This document shows, one piece after another, positions 24,901 to 38,080 of a DNA stretch of 64,000 bases; the stretch's first letter is position 1; each line of letters opens with the position of its first letter. This stretch comes from Oopsacas minuta (Eukaryota > Animalia > Porifera). The notes beneath the pieces were generated by a model. It saw only the letters and a program-made list of their open reading frames with translations. It had not been told where the DNA came from and made no database searches. Where the stretch lies: NCBI GenBank assembly GCA_024704765.1, contig JAKMXF010000343.1:186001-250000 (forward strand), read 5' to 3'. A program made the position numbers and the translations under genes.

Positions 24901-27900
24901 TGTTGTTGTATTGAGTCCATCATCTGAGAGATTCTTCATTGGTACTCCAGAAGGTCATATACTGTTATTTACGATAAAGCTTACTGAGAGCAGTTATTTC
25001 CATTCTGTAAGTATAATTGTATTGAATTTATTATTATTAAACTAATTGTGCATTGCTATTGTTTTCAGATGTCTTTTGAATGTAATCTGAAAGGACACAC
25101 GAAAGGAATTAGAGATCTGGCTATATCTGGTGATACAACAAGGTTATATTATATTTAATGTGCTCTTTTGTATTACACCTTGACTGACATTTGTGGACAT
25201 GGCTGTTGTCCTTTGTAGAGAAGCGGTGAACTTCTATATAGTTCGCTTGTCTACAGAGTTAAATGACGAATGCACTACAAATTCTAGTCTGGTGGTCGGC
25301 AGAGTTCATGTTTGGATTATCGCGGAATTAATCACACGTCTCCAGCCCCGATTATCTATTAATTTACAAAATCTCTGTGAGGAGAGTTACCCGTTTACAT
25401 ATGTTGTCCGCTTTGAGGTTCCGGAATTTAAATCGAAAGATTTATTTGACTCTCGGCTTGTTTGAGCTAAGTTACAAAATCCAATATGCTTTGCACCTTC
25501 AATATACCTCTAATGACATGTTAAGCCTTCATGAACCTTTCTTCCTCCAGGCCTCTTTAGTGAAGCGGGACTATGAATAATAAGAAAGCACTAATTACCA
25601 TGAACAATATCTCATAACTTCATCCTTTTAGGTTAGCTAGTCTTGGAGGAGATGGAAAATGGATAATTTGGGATACAATGAAGTCCTATACTGACAAAGC
25701 TATTATTAAGCCCTATATAGCTCAATACGAGTATGCTAAAGCTCCTCCTCCATTGTCTGCCTCTGCTATAAAGAAGGGGAAGAAACAGGAAGAAATACAT
25801 GGATATATTGCTATATCTCCTGACACACACGTTACTGTTGTTATACAGAAATCGCTTATTAGAATGTTTAAGACTATTGATGGTAGCTTATTGGAAACTA
25901 TAGAGTCTACGGAATATGGTAATTATTATATTGTATACAGTAGGCACTGTTTAATATGGCAACTTCGGGACCAGGACCATGGGCGTAGGGGGAGCCTGAA
26001 CGGGTCAGGAGCACATTTTGTTATGTCAGGGAAATGTGGTGGCACACTTAACAGGGTTCTGACACATACAGAGATAATTTAGTAAGTCATCTTGCTGTAT
26101 GTAGTTATGCAATATTTTAACCTGTCACGAATTTTGTTGCTCCAATCGACTGAATTATAGAAATTTACGTTTTTAAGTCGCTTCAATTATGTTCTATGTA
26201 AAATTTGACTACCTAGCCGGGTCTAAAATCATAAATTATTACCACTTGCGAAGATATATTGAAATTGAATGAATTCTAACAATAGATTAATTCAATTGCT
26301 TATTCTTGGGCTACACTTACTGAATGCAATAAAATCGATTGCAAATGATACGATACTATTCCAGATGTCACCATTATAATATGGTATAATGCAAAGTATA
26401 TCCGGCGGAGAAATCCTTACAATTTGCTAGATAATAGTATTATCATTACTAACAGCTGCTGTAATAATCTATATGTGTAATGAGAACTAAAATGCTAGTT
26501 CAATCCCGATTACTGGCAAATCTTAGTTCAAATTTACTCAGCTTTATTATACTATTGCCCATTACCTTTATCATTGAATATAATTGGAAGTATTACCATT
26601 TATATGAACAAGAACAACATTCACCATAGCTTTGCCAGTTTTCGACACACCATAACATTGGCTAGTTCTTATTTGAACTATTCAGCTTCTCAGAGATTAT
26701 ATCATCTTGGAATTAGTGTTGATTCTGACAAGATTCTACCTCATTTGAACTATCAAATATATAGAAATTATACGAAGAGACATGATTTTTGCGAATTATT
26801 ACAACAACTTGATATTTCCTTACAGCCAGGTTGGGGTAATTAATGTATAAGCGACAAGACTGAAGCCAGTTGGAAAATATGTTACAGACTTTGGAGTTGT
26901 TTATTGTTTTACCTCTGGCAAGTTATGGCATGATTTTTCGAAATGACTTGCAATAGATTTGAACCTAGGTCAAATTCTAATTTATGTAACATTCGTTTAT
27001 CTCCCTCTCGATTACATATTCGAACTTACAGGCCTAAACCTTCCAAATTTAGAATTGGACCCTAAAAATATTTGTTATATAGTTATTCTCCTATTATATC
27101 GGAATATATTTACAGATGAGATAGATAGAGTATGCTTCTCACCTGATGGTCATTACCTTATAACAATGAGTTCAGTTAATGAAGAGAACCTTGCTCGTAT
27201 TTGGTATAATCCGCATGGTTTACAAATGGAGTTAGTCTTGGTAGAGAGACAGTTACATGGAGAAAGGGAAAGTTATATCAGAGATAGGTTGAATAAGCGA
27301 GTAGAAGAAATCAAGTAAGTTGAAACTTAGGCACATTCAGTGGAGTTCGTGTATTAGCAAGTCGTATTTTGCACGAATTTCCCATGCTAATGCGCTAACT
27401 TGCTATTAGAGGAATTATTTCCAATACGAAACGGAATCTAACTCATTGAAAATGTTGCTATTAGGCGAATGCCACATACTTGGCTTCTATATACTTTATT
27501 GTATGACTTTGTGGCTTAGTAGAATATACACTGCCCTCCGCCTGTTGGCAAATACAGTAGAGGTTTGGAGTTAACGAATGCCCTAAGTACCAAAAGGGAA
27601 GTGAATATCCGTTCAAGATAACGAAAGTTCGAGTTAATAGATGTTGATTGTATTAGTACGTTTTGATATCAATTCTTTTTTTGGTACATAGAGTTCATTT
27701 TCCTCGCTTAAAAGTGTTTGATCTCCAGGATATTTTGCCTGAATTTATCACAGTTTTCCAAATGTCCTACCCCCGAAAATTAGAGGGAACACTGTCCAAT
27801 AAAATCTTACAAATACGATATGGCATCTAATTGGGGAATTTTAACTGTACTACAGATGATTTCAATTTGTGTCCTTCTTACACTTTTGCTTTTTGGCACA

Positions 27901-28070
27901 ATTTTGATATTAGCCGCCGCCAAATAGTTAGACCCTTTCATTATCTTTGCTTTTGTTTTGGAGGATAGTTCCCTTATGCTAAGAGTCAATGATTTATTAT
28001 ACGTATGTTTCTATATTTCAGAGGGCAACTACGAGAGTTATCAAACAAAAAGAAGGTCAAAAGCAAATGA
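21910..28070 (+). CDS. TBL2: Transducin beta-like protein 2 (N-terminal TM anchor + WD40), ~10 exons
   Basis: Approximate exons 21910-22270 (TM; FSHPSLAGHLRGHQDNLTDLSF), 22902-22952 (DRSIRIWYSKDF), 23390-23453 (KVRISPDC), 23780-23886, 24485-24612, 24889-25007, 25069-25143 (LKGHTKGI), 25632-25918, 27114-27314, 28022-28070; order of motifs matches TBL2 including the C-terminal coiled tail. Confidence 0.85.
22642..22773. mobile_element. hAT-Charlie-like MITE
   Basis: TIRs CAGCGGTTCTCAAC / GTTGGGAATCCCTG, degenerate 8-bp TSD gcttaaat / tcttaaaa; relatives sharing TTGTATTGCAGTCTAT at ~8000-8235 and 41081-41232. Confidence 0.7.
23965..24214. mobile_element. Tc1-type MITE (250 bp)
   Basis: 28-bp TIRs CACTCCCTGGCCAAAAGTATTGGAACAC with 1 mismatch, TA target duplication, no ORF. 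Confidence 0.9.
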
Positions 28071-28623
28071 GGTCTATCATTGAACCTTCAGCTAAGTTGT
28101 TATGACTTTAATATATTTCTAATTAGAATTGTATTTATGATATACTTCGTTATTTGATATAATTAAATTATTTGAAAACAGTTCATATTTGTAAAGGGCA
28201 TTTTACCCCTTTATGAAGTATTCCATACAGTTGGAGAATGGATTAATTTGTGAATTCAGCTATTGCTCACAGCAGAATAATGATTGTTTCACCAGTGTTA
28301 CTTAACGCAAAAATTCCCTAAATTTGATCCCCTTCGGTATCACTTTGCATACTACTCTCCTTTCCTTAGCATTACGTATGTTACGTTTGAATGGCCCCTT
28401 ATTTGTAGCTAATCTAAATGCCAGAACTCTAAGCAATGCTTAACTCTTCTGTAACCATGGATTGTGTGATAACAATGCAATATTTCGGTGGTGGAATTGA
28501 AACTGATTAGAAACCACTTCTATTCTTATCTAGCCATAATCACTATTCAGCAGTCCAGATTATCAGATATGTTTTTCAAGATTATCATCAAATATTATAT
28601 TTTGGTGCCTTAAGAATTAAGTA

Positions 28624-30093
28624 ATGGCTACAGCCCACAATCACGCTAATGCATTTCTCCTACGAATACCGGAAGTTAATTTCAAGAAGTTAAATGGTAT
28701 TCTATATCTGTATGATACGAAATTAGTTTGGAAACCGGATACCAAGAATGAACCGGAATTTTCCGTGCCGTATATTGATATAAAAATACAGAAAATTAGT
28801 TCAGCAAATACCAAAAAAGTCAAATTACAACTTGTACTTGACAATGAAAATTCTCCAACTTTCTACTTCAATTCTTCGCAAGCCTTGGAGCAGAGAAATA
28901 CGCTGAAAGACCAGCTACAAAATATGATTTCCGGTGTCAAAACCCAACAGGTCGATTTAAATGCAAAAATCCGTAAATTGAAAGAAGATGCTTCGCTATT
29001 GAAGTTATACAATGAACTCGTTGCTTCGAATAATCCGGTTTTAAGAGCTGAAGAATTCTGGACAATACACAGTGATTCTCTGTCCACTGATCCCCCACAA
29101 GACACAGGCATACCAACATCTCTTCTAACTGAACTACAAACCACGGGTGATGGGGACCAGCATAAATACACGCTAACACAAGACACAACACAGCATATTT
29201 TCAAAATGTATCCTGCTGTTAGGAAAAAGCACGTCGAACTTGTTCCGGATAAAATTAATGAGGAGGCCTTCTGGAAGAACGTCCTTCAATCTCTACAATT
29301 CCATGGTATAGACAGTTTAACAAGTTCTAATTCCAATTTCCTTGAAGCCACGAAACATGACGAATCATATCGACTTAAAAATGATATCAAACGTATTAAA
29401 CTATCGAATACAACTTCGATTGGGGAAGATATTGACTATTTACCGTTATCAACTGAGCAAATTGTCCAAGAGCAACCACGGTTCACCAAACTATGGATAC
29501 AACGTTGTAATTATCAAAACAGGATGATAGTTGGTGGCAATCAGCTAAATGATTTAGAATCTATCAACAGCCAGGAAGTAACAGCTATTTATAACGAATT
29601 GAATTTAGCACCGAAACCTATTCAATCACAGAAATCTGATTCACAAGAAACTTTCTCATTACCATCTTTGGAAGATTGGAGACCGAATTTACTCGATCCG
29701 CTCCATCCAGGAGTTGCGTTACAAATGCTAACGGATTTAAGTCCAGGCGGATCTATCGTACAAACTTCCCCTCCCCTTCCTACTCTTTCCAGCCCGGCTA
29801 TGAAATCAGATCTGGTTAATATGTACCGATCTTGCTCAGAGTTATTGCGTCATCTATGGAGCTGTTTTCCTGTTACGAATCCATCAATAGAGAATAAACT
29901 TAATCGTCTAATAACTAGCTTACGGAATTTCCCACAAACTCAAATTAAACCATTTGTTGATAAATACGGTGTGTCTGGTGACCAGGTGACCAGACAATTA
30001 CGTTTATCCGTCTCTATGGGTGTCAAAAAATATGATGTTTGGGCTAGTAAGAAGAAAGGAACGCCGCATCGTGCACCTTTTAAGAAACAATAA
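28624..30093 (+). CDS. GTF2H1: TFIIH p62 subunit, intronless
   Basis: N-terminal PH-like domain (GILYLY..LVWKP..IKIQKIS..KVKLQLVL), BSD domains (IFKMYPAVRKKH..EEAFW), C-terminal ELLRHLWSCFP. Confidence 0.9.
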   Translation: MATAHNHANAFLLRIPEVNFKKLNGILYLYDTKLVWKPDTKNEPEFSVPYIDIKIQKISSANTKKVKLQLVLDNENSPTFYFNSSQALEQRNTLKDQLQNMISGVKTQQVDLNAKIRKLKEDASLLKLYNELVASNNPVLRAEEFWTIHSDSLSTDPPQDTGIPTSLLTELQTTGDGDQHKYTLTQDTTQHIFKMYPAVRKKHVELVPDKINEEAFWKNVLQSLQFHGIDSLTSSNSNFLEATKHDESYRLKNDIKRIKLSNTTSIGEDIDYLPLSTEQIVQEQPRFTKLWIQRCNYQNRMIVGGNQLNDLESINSQEVTAIYNELNLAPKPIQSQKSDSQETFSLPSLEDWRPNLLDPLHPGVALQMLTDLSPGGSIVQTSPPLPTLSSPAMKSDLVNMYRSCSELLRHLWSCFPVTNPSIENKLNRLITSLRNFPQTQIKPFVDKYGVSGDQVTRQLRLSVSMGVKKYDVWASKKKGTPHRAPFKKQ

Positions 30094-30687
30094 TATCGAT
30101 TTCAGTCACAATTACTATATGCTGATATTCTCTTATATGTTTGAATTTTGTAATTTGAATTAGGTTAGAGCTCTTCACATTCTATTTGATAGAATTTTGA
30201 GTATTTTTACATTTTTTTGCAATGGAATTCAATGATCTGATCAGGCGTTAGCGAACGATGACGGCTCTATGGGTCACAATTTATCATGTCAAAGATATGA
30301 TTGAGGCTTTTCATTATTTTCATTTTCATTTATTTAGACACAGGCAAATAGTATAATGACTTTTTATGCCATTTACTTATTTCAAAAGCTTTCAATTGAT
30401 CCTACAACCTTGATCCAACCTACTGATATTTCAGAATTGTATTTTCTATAATTTTTGCTTCTGATTGCATCATAAGATTATAGTGTAACCTCCACAATCT
30501 GGGCCTGCTCAAACAGGGAACTTCTGGAAACTGAATGTAAAAATAGCGAATTCCTAGTCCCAAACAATTGAACCTCCTTAAACGGCATTTTTCTGCATTC
30601 CTGGCACTCCGTATATCCTTTATGGTGCTCACACTCAGTTTAAATCTCTTTTCACATATTTATTAGTAGAATTACAAATCTCTTCAG

Positions 30688-33600
30688 ATGAATTCAGATA
30701 CTGCTCACAGGAAATCTCTATCTAATCATGATTTGATTATGTTAGACACAGATACTGAGGATGAAGTTTGGAAGCGTCATAAGGAGGGTTATAAGACATT
30801 AGTGGTATGTACGTATAGCCATTGAATATCTGTTAAGATATACTATCAAGTCCCGTTATATCGAAGCTCAAGGGACCGCGATAGTTCGATTTAACCGATG
30901 ATGTTTATGTACTTGTACGAATTCAGACTTCGAAATAAGCAAGTATTTTGATATACCGGGAGTTGACTGTAGAATGCCTTTATTTCGTATTATTATCAAA
31001 ATCAATAGTTTTGGGTTTTACTCGAAATGTATTATTAGCGAGGGGAGCTCGTTGCTAGTGAAATGGAGTTCTTTGACACTATTCCAGGCTACAACATTCT
31101 GTCATTATTTAATCATATTTCATGAATATTTTAGTATTCATAGCATATTGTAATGTTTTGTAACTTGAACCCAGATATTTCCCACTCTCACTCTCTAGGA
31201 TGATTATAGAAATCTTACTAAACAGAAGCTAGCCATCACTACTTTAGAAGCTAAACTCAAGAAAAACTGTACTACCCTCAAGAAGGACATATCAAGGTAC
31301 AGTAGAATTCAGATAAGACGTATCCCTCGAGAAACGAGAATTAGTACGTACTTCTTAAATCTCTTAATCGCAGTACGTCTTATCTGAATATTCATCCCAT
31401 ACAATTAGTACAAGAATTGAGAAACAGTTTTAGAGAAAAGTACGTCTTAAGCCGAGCGAGTATTAACTTAGTTCTACTGTATTTATATTCTTCTCTATTC
31501 TAAGCTCAGTGGCTGTCCGAGGGGGAACCGCTCCTGTTCAAACTTCAAGTTTACTTTCATTCTTTATATATTAACTTGTATTTAGCTATAAGAAACCAGA
31601 GAAACAGGATTGCATACGAGCAATTGGTTTATTCTGTGATGAAACTATTCATAAACTTCCTTCTCAGGACAATGGGTATATATTCATTCATTCACTTCTA
31701 ACATATAGTGTAACTTCCATAGGGAGGGACTGTGGAAACAGAGTGAATACAAATTGAGCAAATTCCTAGTCCCATACAAATGAACGTGGGAATTGGCAGG
31801 AAAGGGGAAACTGAGTAGCATTTTCGGCCTCCATGGCACCCCAGTTTTGGGAGGTTACACCTTATGTGATTTTATTGAAATATCAGCTGATTTTCTTATA
31901 GATTCCTTCTATGGATAGTAATCGGCCACATCAATGTTATATTTGATGACTTTGACGTAAAGTAAGTCAATTTGTTTCTATAATAATGTAGACCTCGTTT
32001 AATAGGATCATTTCTAGACCAGGCCAATTTGAGCCAATTGAGCGATATATGGCCCTTGTTCATGAGAAACTTGTTTCTGAACCATATGATCTCCATATAA
32101 GCATACGTTATCATAAGGCAATGTCGCCTAATTGATGCGGGCGGTGGAGCTGAAAAATCTTATTAACAGTGTCCTGAAGGTTTGGCCCGATTAACCAGTG
32201 AATCCTATTAAGTAGAGTCTACTGTCTATTCAATTCAAACATTAACGTACATTTCCATTAGAATGCGATACAAGAAAGCTTATGAGAGATTTAAACTATT
32301 CAGTAACGGAGTATCTATAACTCTCATCCTAATGACATGGTTCCTACACATACCACAGATTATACTGTACTCTATGTTGGTATACTATTACTTCTCATTG
32401 ACTATTAGGGAACACATTCTTATTAAAAACGGATCCAAGTAAGTTTATAGACACACTCTACACCCCCTGATTCTATATATACTACTCTAGCGGGTCTGAA
32501 TTACCTCTTATTTCTAGGATAAAATTTTGGTGGTTGTTACATCACTATTTAACCATCATTATCACTCTGTTATTACTTACCTGGTGAGTTGTATTATGTC
32601 ATAGTTGTACTTGTAACTCCAAATATTTCCAATTCAAACTGTTGATAATCCTACTGACGAGCGATTAATTTTGGTGTTAGTATATTTATTCTGTTACAGG
32701 CCTCCTGGAGAATGTTATACGCAATCACATGATGTGTTGATGTTCGCTTCTCTTATGACAAGTTAGCTTATTTTAATGTTTACAGGCAATTTTTGATTTA
32801 TCCGTGCTGAGTTGATTAGAAATTGCATTTTGTTCGGCACCATTTTGGCACTGACATTGACAATTATTTCAAAAATACAAAATATATAACGTATGGAAAC
32901 CTATTCCCTATAATTTCTCAGGTGTAATACAACTTGTTCAGTTCTTCTATCAACGTAAGACAATAGACAGGAATATTATGATGGGAAAAGACAAATTCCT
33001 TCGTACTACAGATGGTGAGATTAAATAAATGTATACCCGAATATTTTCAAGTTTATTATTTTGTACTTTTCTATAGAGGGCATTAGATCAAAAATGTTCA
33101 GCGATTTGATATACATTGTTCCTCTGTTAATATTTCTATACGTGAGTTCTATTGCATTTAGATTAAGTATTTTGCATTAGCCACTGTTATTTGAAAATTT
33201 GTTTCAGCTTCACTGCTCGCACCAAGTTTGTCAATATTTCACCATTTCTCAAGGAAATTCAATTACACAATATATTTACTAACGTGAATAGAGTTATTCA
33301 TCTTCACAGATCTCCTTTAACACGCTTAATTAACATATTTCGAAGTAGATTCATGAAATTTGCTATGAATGGGCCACGTTGTATTATGATAACGTCACAA
33401 AATAATGAGATAATTATAATGAAATGCAGCCCGCCTGCATGCTTAGATGGACATCTGAAACAAGTTTCTCATTTACTGGTCCTGATATAATATTTAAAAA
33501 CTATAATTACAGATTGTACAAGCCTACACTTCATTCAGATTATTCTACAACTGGTATTATGGTATCTGTACAGAATATCAAGTTCCTATTCTAGCTAGCC

Positions 33601-33695
33601 TATTCATATTCCTATGTCTTGGTAACTGTAGAACTCTCATACAAATTCTTAAAGCCAAAGCGAGCCTTGCGAAAGGGAAACCGAAAATGTCTTGA
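30688..33695 (+). CDS. TMEM120: TMEM120/TACAN family multi-pass membrane protein, 10 exons (not in ORF track)
   Basis: Approximate exons 30688-30805, 31199-31297, 31586-31675 (LPSQDNG), 31902-31960 (VIGHINV), 32262-32438 (YKKAYERFK..YYYFSLTIREHILIKNGSK), 32519-32584 (IKFWWLLHHYLT..LLTW), 32701-32762, 32922-33016 (QLVQFFYQ), 33077-33142, 33513-33695; start codon tentative. Confidence 0.85.
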
Positions 33696-33952
33696 TTATG
33701 TATACCATAGTTGTAGTTAACGAATTTTTACGCATAGAGCTTTTTAATTTATTTCTATGATTACTTTTGAGTTGATTACTTGGTGCTGTATATTATATTA
33801 TATAGAATTGCTATTTCAAATTCTTTCCTCTTCGCTTAAGTCAATAACTACCAACTTCAATGTTGTAAATTTCTATGAATATGGTCACTGTATTTCTATT
33901 TGATTATTTTGATTAGTCAAGGGCTACGCCTGCCTCACCAGATTAAATCAGT

Positions 33953-35119
33953 ATGGGAAATTGGTCAGAATTAGAGGAATTTGTGAATTACATTTTTGAT
34001 GAATTAATATACAAACTAAATGATAGAAGAGTGTACATTTTGAATAAAATAGCGGAACAAAAGGTTAAGCATAGGAAAATTAAGCGTTCCATTAGTCATA
34101 TTGAAAGCACCATGGATCTACTACAAGACCAGCAAAAAGAGAAAGTGACGGATTTAGAAAATGGATCGATTTGTGAATTGAATAGAAAACTTTCTTGCCT
34201 TGAAATACAAGCAAATCAAACTACAGATAATTATGAATTCTTCTGTGATATGAAAGAGTTTGAAAGATCTCTGTCTAATCTTGGCACAATCGAGAAATCA
34301 GCTGTCCAATATTCCAACAAAAATGAACCGAGATATCTGTTTGACAAAATTCAGAATATTCACGACATGAATAGAATATCTGTACAGGAAGGTGTAGGTA
34401 TGGTTTCTGCTAGCGATTACCTGGGGAAACAAATTCACATTTTCACACTTTTAGGGAAAGTTATTCACATCCTAAAACATGACCAAATCAAAGGGCCAAC
34501 TGCTATAAAACTTATCAGTAGTAGAGAACTCATTGTGTCCGATTTTATTACAAATTCGCTTTACAGAATAGAATTTGATATGTTTAAAGAGAAAAAGTGT
34601 AAAATACCAACGACTAGAAATAATGCAAATTTCATTACAGCTATAGATTACGACATAGACACTGACTTAATATATGTGACGTCATTAAAATCCGGTACTA
34701 TAGAAATCCTCAACCGAAAAACGTTAAGTTTAGCTGGGAAAGTTGCTCAATCGTTTATATACCCCAAAAATATAAATATTACAAAAACAGAGATATTCGT
34801 TCTTGATTGTAACAACCCGTGTCTTCACGTACTTTCTAAATCAACACACCAACCAATACGTTCTATCCTCCCTCAAGGTATAGGATTGAATTTCAGTAAC
34901 CCCCAAGGATTCTCTCTAGACAAAGATGGGAAGATAATAATCTCACATTTTCATGGTACAGATAATTCAATACAAGTGTATTCACCTCTTGGTCAACTGC
35001 TACACGCCTTTCCAAATGACGGCTCGTGTATAGTCAGACCAACAGCTGTGCATGTAACAAATAATTATGAGGTAATCGTGCTATTGAGAGATTCTTCTCA
35101 TCAAATTCAAATGTTTTGA
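33953..35119 (+). CDS. Intronless coiled-coil + NHL/6-bladed beta-propeller protein
   Basis: 388 aa; helical N-terminus, then IKGPTAI, FIYPKNI, FSNPQGFSLD, VRPTAVHV blades. Confidence 0.8.
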   Translation: MGNWSELEEFVNYIFDELIYKLNDRRVYILNKIAEQKVKHRKIKRSISHIESTMDLLQDQQKEKVTDLENGSICELNRKLSCLEIQANQTTDNYEFFCDMKEFERSLSNLGTIEKSAVQYSNKNEPRYLFDKIQNIHDMNRISVQEGVGMVSASDYLGKQIHIFTLLGKVIHILKHDQIKGPTAIKLISSRELIVSDFITNSLYRIEFDMFKEKKCKIPTTRNNANFITAIDYDIDTDLIYVTSLKSGTIEILNRKTLSLAGKVAQSFIYPKNINITKTEIFVLDCNNPCLHVLSKSTHQPIRSILPQGIGLNFSNPQGFSLDKDGKIIISHFHGTDNSIQVYSPLGQLLHAFPNDGSCIVRPTAVHVTNNYEVIVLLRDSSHQIQMF

Positions 35120-35561
35120 TATTTTTTCCCTGACCCCCTACAAAATCAAGGTTGGAGTATGTATACATTCTTTATTTGGTATTGAATTACGATATTACTT
35201 TTGTGTATATAATCTTTACTATTTTGACTTACTTCATAAACTCATATTGTAACGCATTTGATTGACTATTTTCCTGCAATATCTTATCGTTATCATTAGA
35301 CATGCCCCAAACGACGTCTCCAAGCCCCCACTTTAATCGTTTAGTGTAGCCCGGTTTTTAAAATGTGAAATCTCTGGGAAAACTAGAAATAAATTGCTAT
35401 TACACCCAGGGGGCCCCAAACCACAAACTAGGTGACAACACTTGCCCTTCTTCAGATTTCAAAGCATTGACAACAACTGGTCCTTGAAATTATTATTAGT
35501 AGGTCAAAAATTATAAATAAACATTAGTAAAACTTCAACTTGTAGAATTAGAATTTATATA

Positions 35562-37058
35562 ATGTCAGAATGTGAAGAATACACCAAATCATTCACCTCA
35601 GTTCGTAACCAAATCATAGAAAATTTCGAGTATATCTTCCGATTATTAGTAGGGCGAAGAGAAGATATTCTCCGTCAATTACAATCACTACAAATTAGCT
35701 ATGAATCGAAACTTGATTCGAAACTGCAAACAATGAAAGAATTGGAAGATATGCGGAAACAAATGGCAGCTATGTATATCCATCAAAACCGAGCAGCTCA
35801 AGTACAAGAAGCCGCCCTTTTACCCATAAACAAGGAAATCCAAGCAATCAAACTCACACTAGACGAGTACAAAATTGATTTCAAACTGGATTTAAATACA
35901 TTTGAATATAGTATTTGTAATCTTGGTGAAATTGTGGAATCGGAATACAGTAGTCTAGACGTGGTACCAAAAGTACCCCCGCGTACCAACATTTCCAGAT
36001 CTAATTCACCTAGTTGTAACTCCCCAGGGGAGTACCTTTCAACCTCTGCAATAGAAGATAATACGTTTCTCAGGCCGAATATCAAAAGAGCTATTTCTAT
36101 TCCAAACCATTCTGGAAGTCGAAAAAGAATTTCTGATCGCGGAAAAGTAGATCTTTGTACTGTAATACCACGTGTTGTATCCAGCCCGCAAATATGTGAA
36201 AAACCGCAATTATCCTATTCATTTCCATTTAATAAACGGAAAAAACCGATTTTTGCCACTTGCGAGCGAGGCTATGAATCGGAAGAACTGCAATCACCAA
36301 TGGGTCTGGTTTATCACCCTAGATATGACTGCATATATGTTGTGGATCAGGTTTTACGTAAAGTACTCGTGTTATCTAGTAAGGGAGATTTCCTAATGGA
36401 ATTCGGCCATGATTTTCTTGTGAAACCTATTTCCATCGCTGTTCGTGACGGATTCTGTTGTATTACAGATGAAGGCTTAAACGGTGTAGTTAAGTACAAA
36501 TTGTTTGAAAATTTGTTGACCAAAGATATCGCTAGTTTTCCTCAAGGATCAGGTCATGGTGAGTTGTCTGGACCGAAAGGACTTGATTTTGATTCAAATT
36601 TCTGCATTTATATTGCAGATAGTGGGAACAATAGAGTCTGTATTTTGGATCCGAATATGATATTTCTAAAGGGAATATTTGAGGGAATATTCCAATCGCC
36701 TCAAGATGTTAAAATTATTAACGAAATAATTTACGTCTTAGATCGAAGCTCATTGAATTGTTTGCATAGTTTCACTCAATCTTGTAACCCAGTTCAATCT
36801 GTTATTTCTCCGAAAAATGATGTAAACTCGCCGAGTTTCTTTTGTTCTGATTTTACCGGAAAATATTTATTCTTCACGGACCAGATTACAGACAACGTTA
36901 AGGTATTTTCCTTAGACGGCGATCCGATTTGCAAAGTTGGTGAAAATACTATAGAATGGGAGGCTGGCGTAATTGAACCTACTGGCGTATGTGTAACGAA
37001 AGATAATAAAGTTGTTTGTGCGTTCGGTAAAGGTGAAAGCGTTATTTGCTTTTATTAG
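35562..37058 (+). CDS. Intronless coiled-coil + NHL protein with Ser/Pro-rich linker
   Basis: 498 aa; LQSPMGL, LSGPKGLDFD..IYIADSGNNRVCIL, FQSPQDV, IEPTGVCV NHL blades. Confidence 0.85.
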   Translation: MSECEEYTKSFTSVRNQIIENFEYIFRLLVGRREDILRQLQSLQISYESKLDSKLQTMKELEDMRKQMAAMYIHQNRAAQVQEAALLPINKEIQAIKLTLDEYKIDFKLDLNTFEYSICNLGEIVESEYSSLDVVPKVPPRTNISRSNSPSCNSPGEYLSTSAIEDNTFLRPNIKRAISIPNHSGSRKRISDRGKVDLCTVIPRVVSSPQICEKPQLSYSFPFNKRKKPIFATCERGYESEELQSPMGLVYHPRYDCIYVVDQVLRKVLVLSSKGDFLMEFGHDFLVKPISIAVRDGFCCITDEGLNGVVKYKLFENLLTKDIASFPQGSGHGELSGPKGLDFDSNFCIYIADSGNNRVCILDPNMIFLKGIFEGIFQSPQDVKIINEIIYVLDRSSLNCLHSFTQSCNPVQSVISPKNDVNSPSFFCSDFTGKYLFFTDQITDNVKVFSLDGDPICKVGENTIEWEAGVIEPTGVCVTKDNKVVCAFGKGESVICFY

Positions 37059-38080
37059 TTAATAATATAGTGTCCTGCATGTAATTGAAGTGAGTAATAT
37101 TTTTGATAATTTTCTTATTTACGAATTTCTATGTGTATATATTTTAATGTATATTATTCGGTGATAATATTGCTATAGGATAATTGTAACTATTTATTGA
37201 TCTGACACACTGTGCTACTTTTATGCTACTTTTAAACACGTCAGCAAATAATTTTCATATTTTTGTTTATATGTTCCGAACCCGAACACGATTCCAACTC
37301 TGATTTGCTCATTAAAGTCAACTCCCTGTTATAAAAAACATGGAAATGCCCGCTTATATCGAACTGTGGAGTTGTACAAATATGTCCCCAAACAGTCAAA
37401 CTAACATATATTCACCGTTTATATAGAACTCCGCTTCTATGGATATTATTATCGCTTTCCCTTAAGCTTCGATTTGACGGGAGTTAACTCTATTTTAAGA
37501 ACTAGGAATTCTGTACGTATCCTTAATGGACAATTTCGCGAAGCGGTATTTGTGAGAAATTTCCATTTCAATACAAAGCAGCCTATCAAACATTTCATAG
37601 ATTTTCTACTGTAATATTCCCAATAGCACGAGTAATGCTCACGTTGCAGAATTTCTGCCCTGAATTAATTATACAAACTATTACTCATTGTAGACCTTAC
37701 AAGTTATTTAACCTATGACTATAATTAGCTTATGTAATTGCATATCTGTGTAGTTCTTGATAAGTTAATCTCTCTTAAACGTAATAAGATAATCGTGTTA
37801 AGAATACTGCTGATATCTATATGACCATGTAAAGTACTATACTTGTTTCTCATCCCCTCCTGTCCTAAAATTTGTCCCCTGTCAGGATATATTATATTTG
37901 CTTTTTTAACAAATGAAGGATAATTCTTTGATCAAAGATTGTGCAATACGCGTCCCTCTCATATGAGTTCTACTATCTTAGCTAGTATTCTATCTTTGTA
38001 GATTTCTTTTTCCGATTCAAATTTGCCAATTTTTCTTTTGCTTAATAACTTCTAAAGACACTAGATCTTGAATATTTTAT

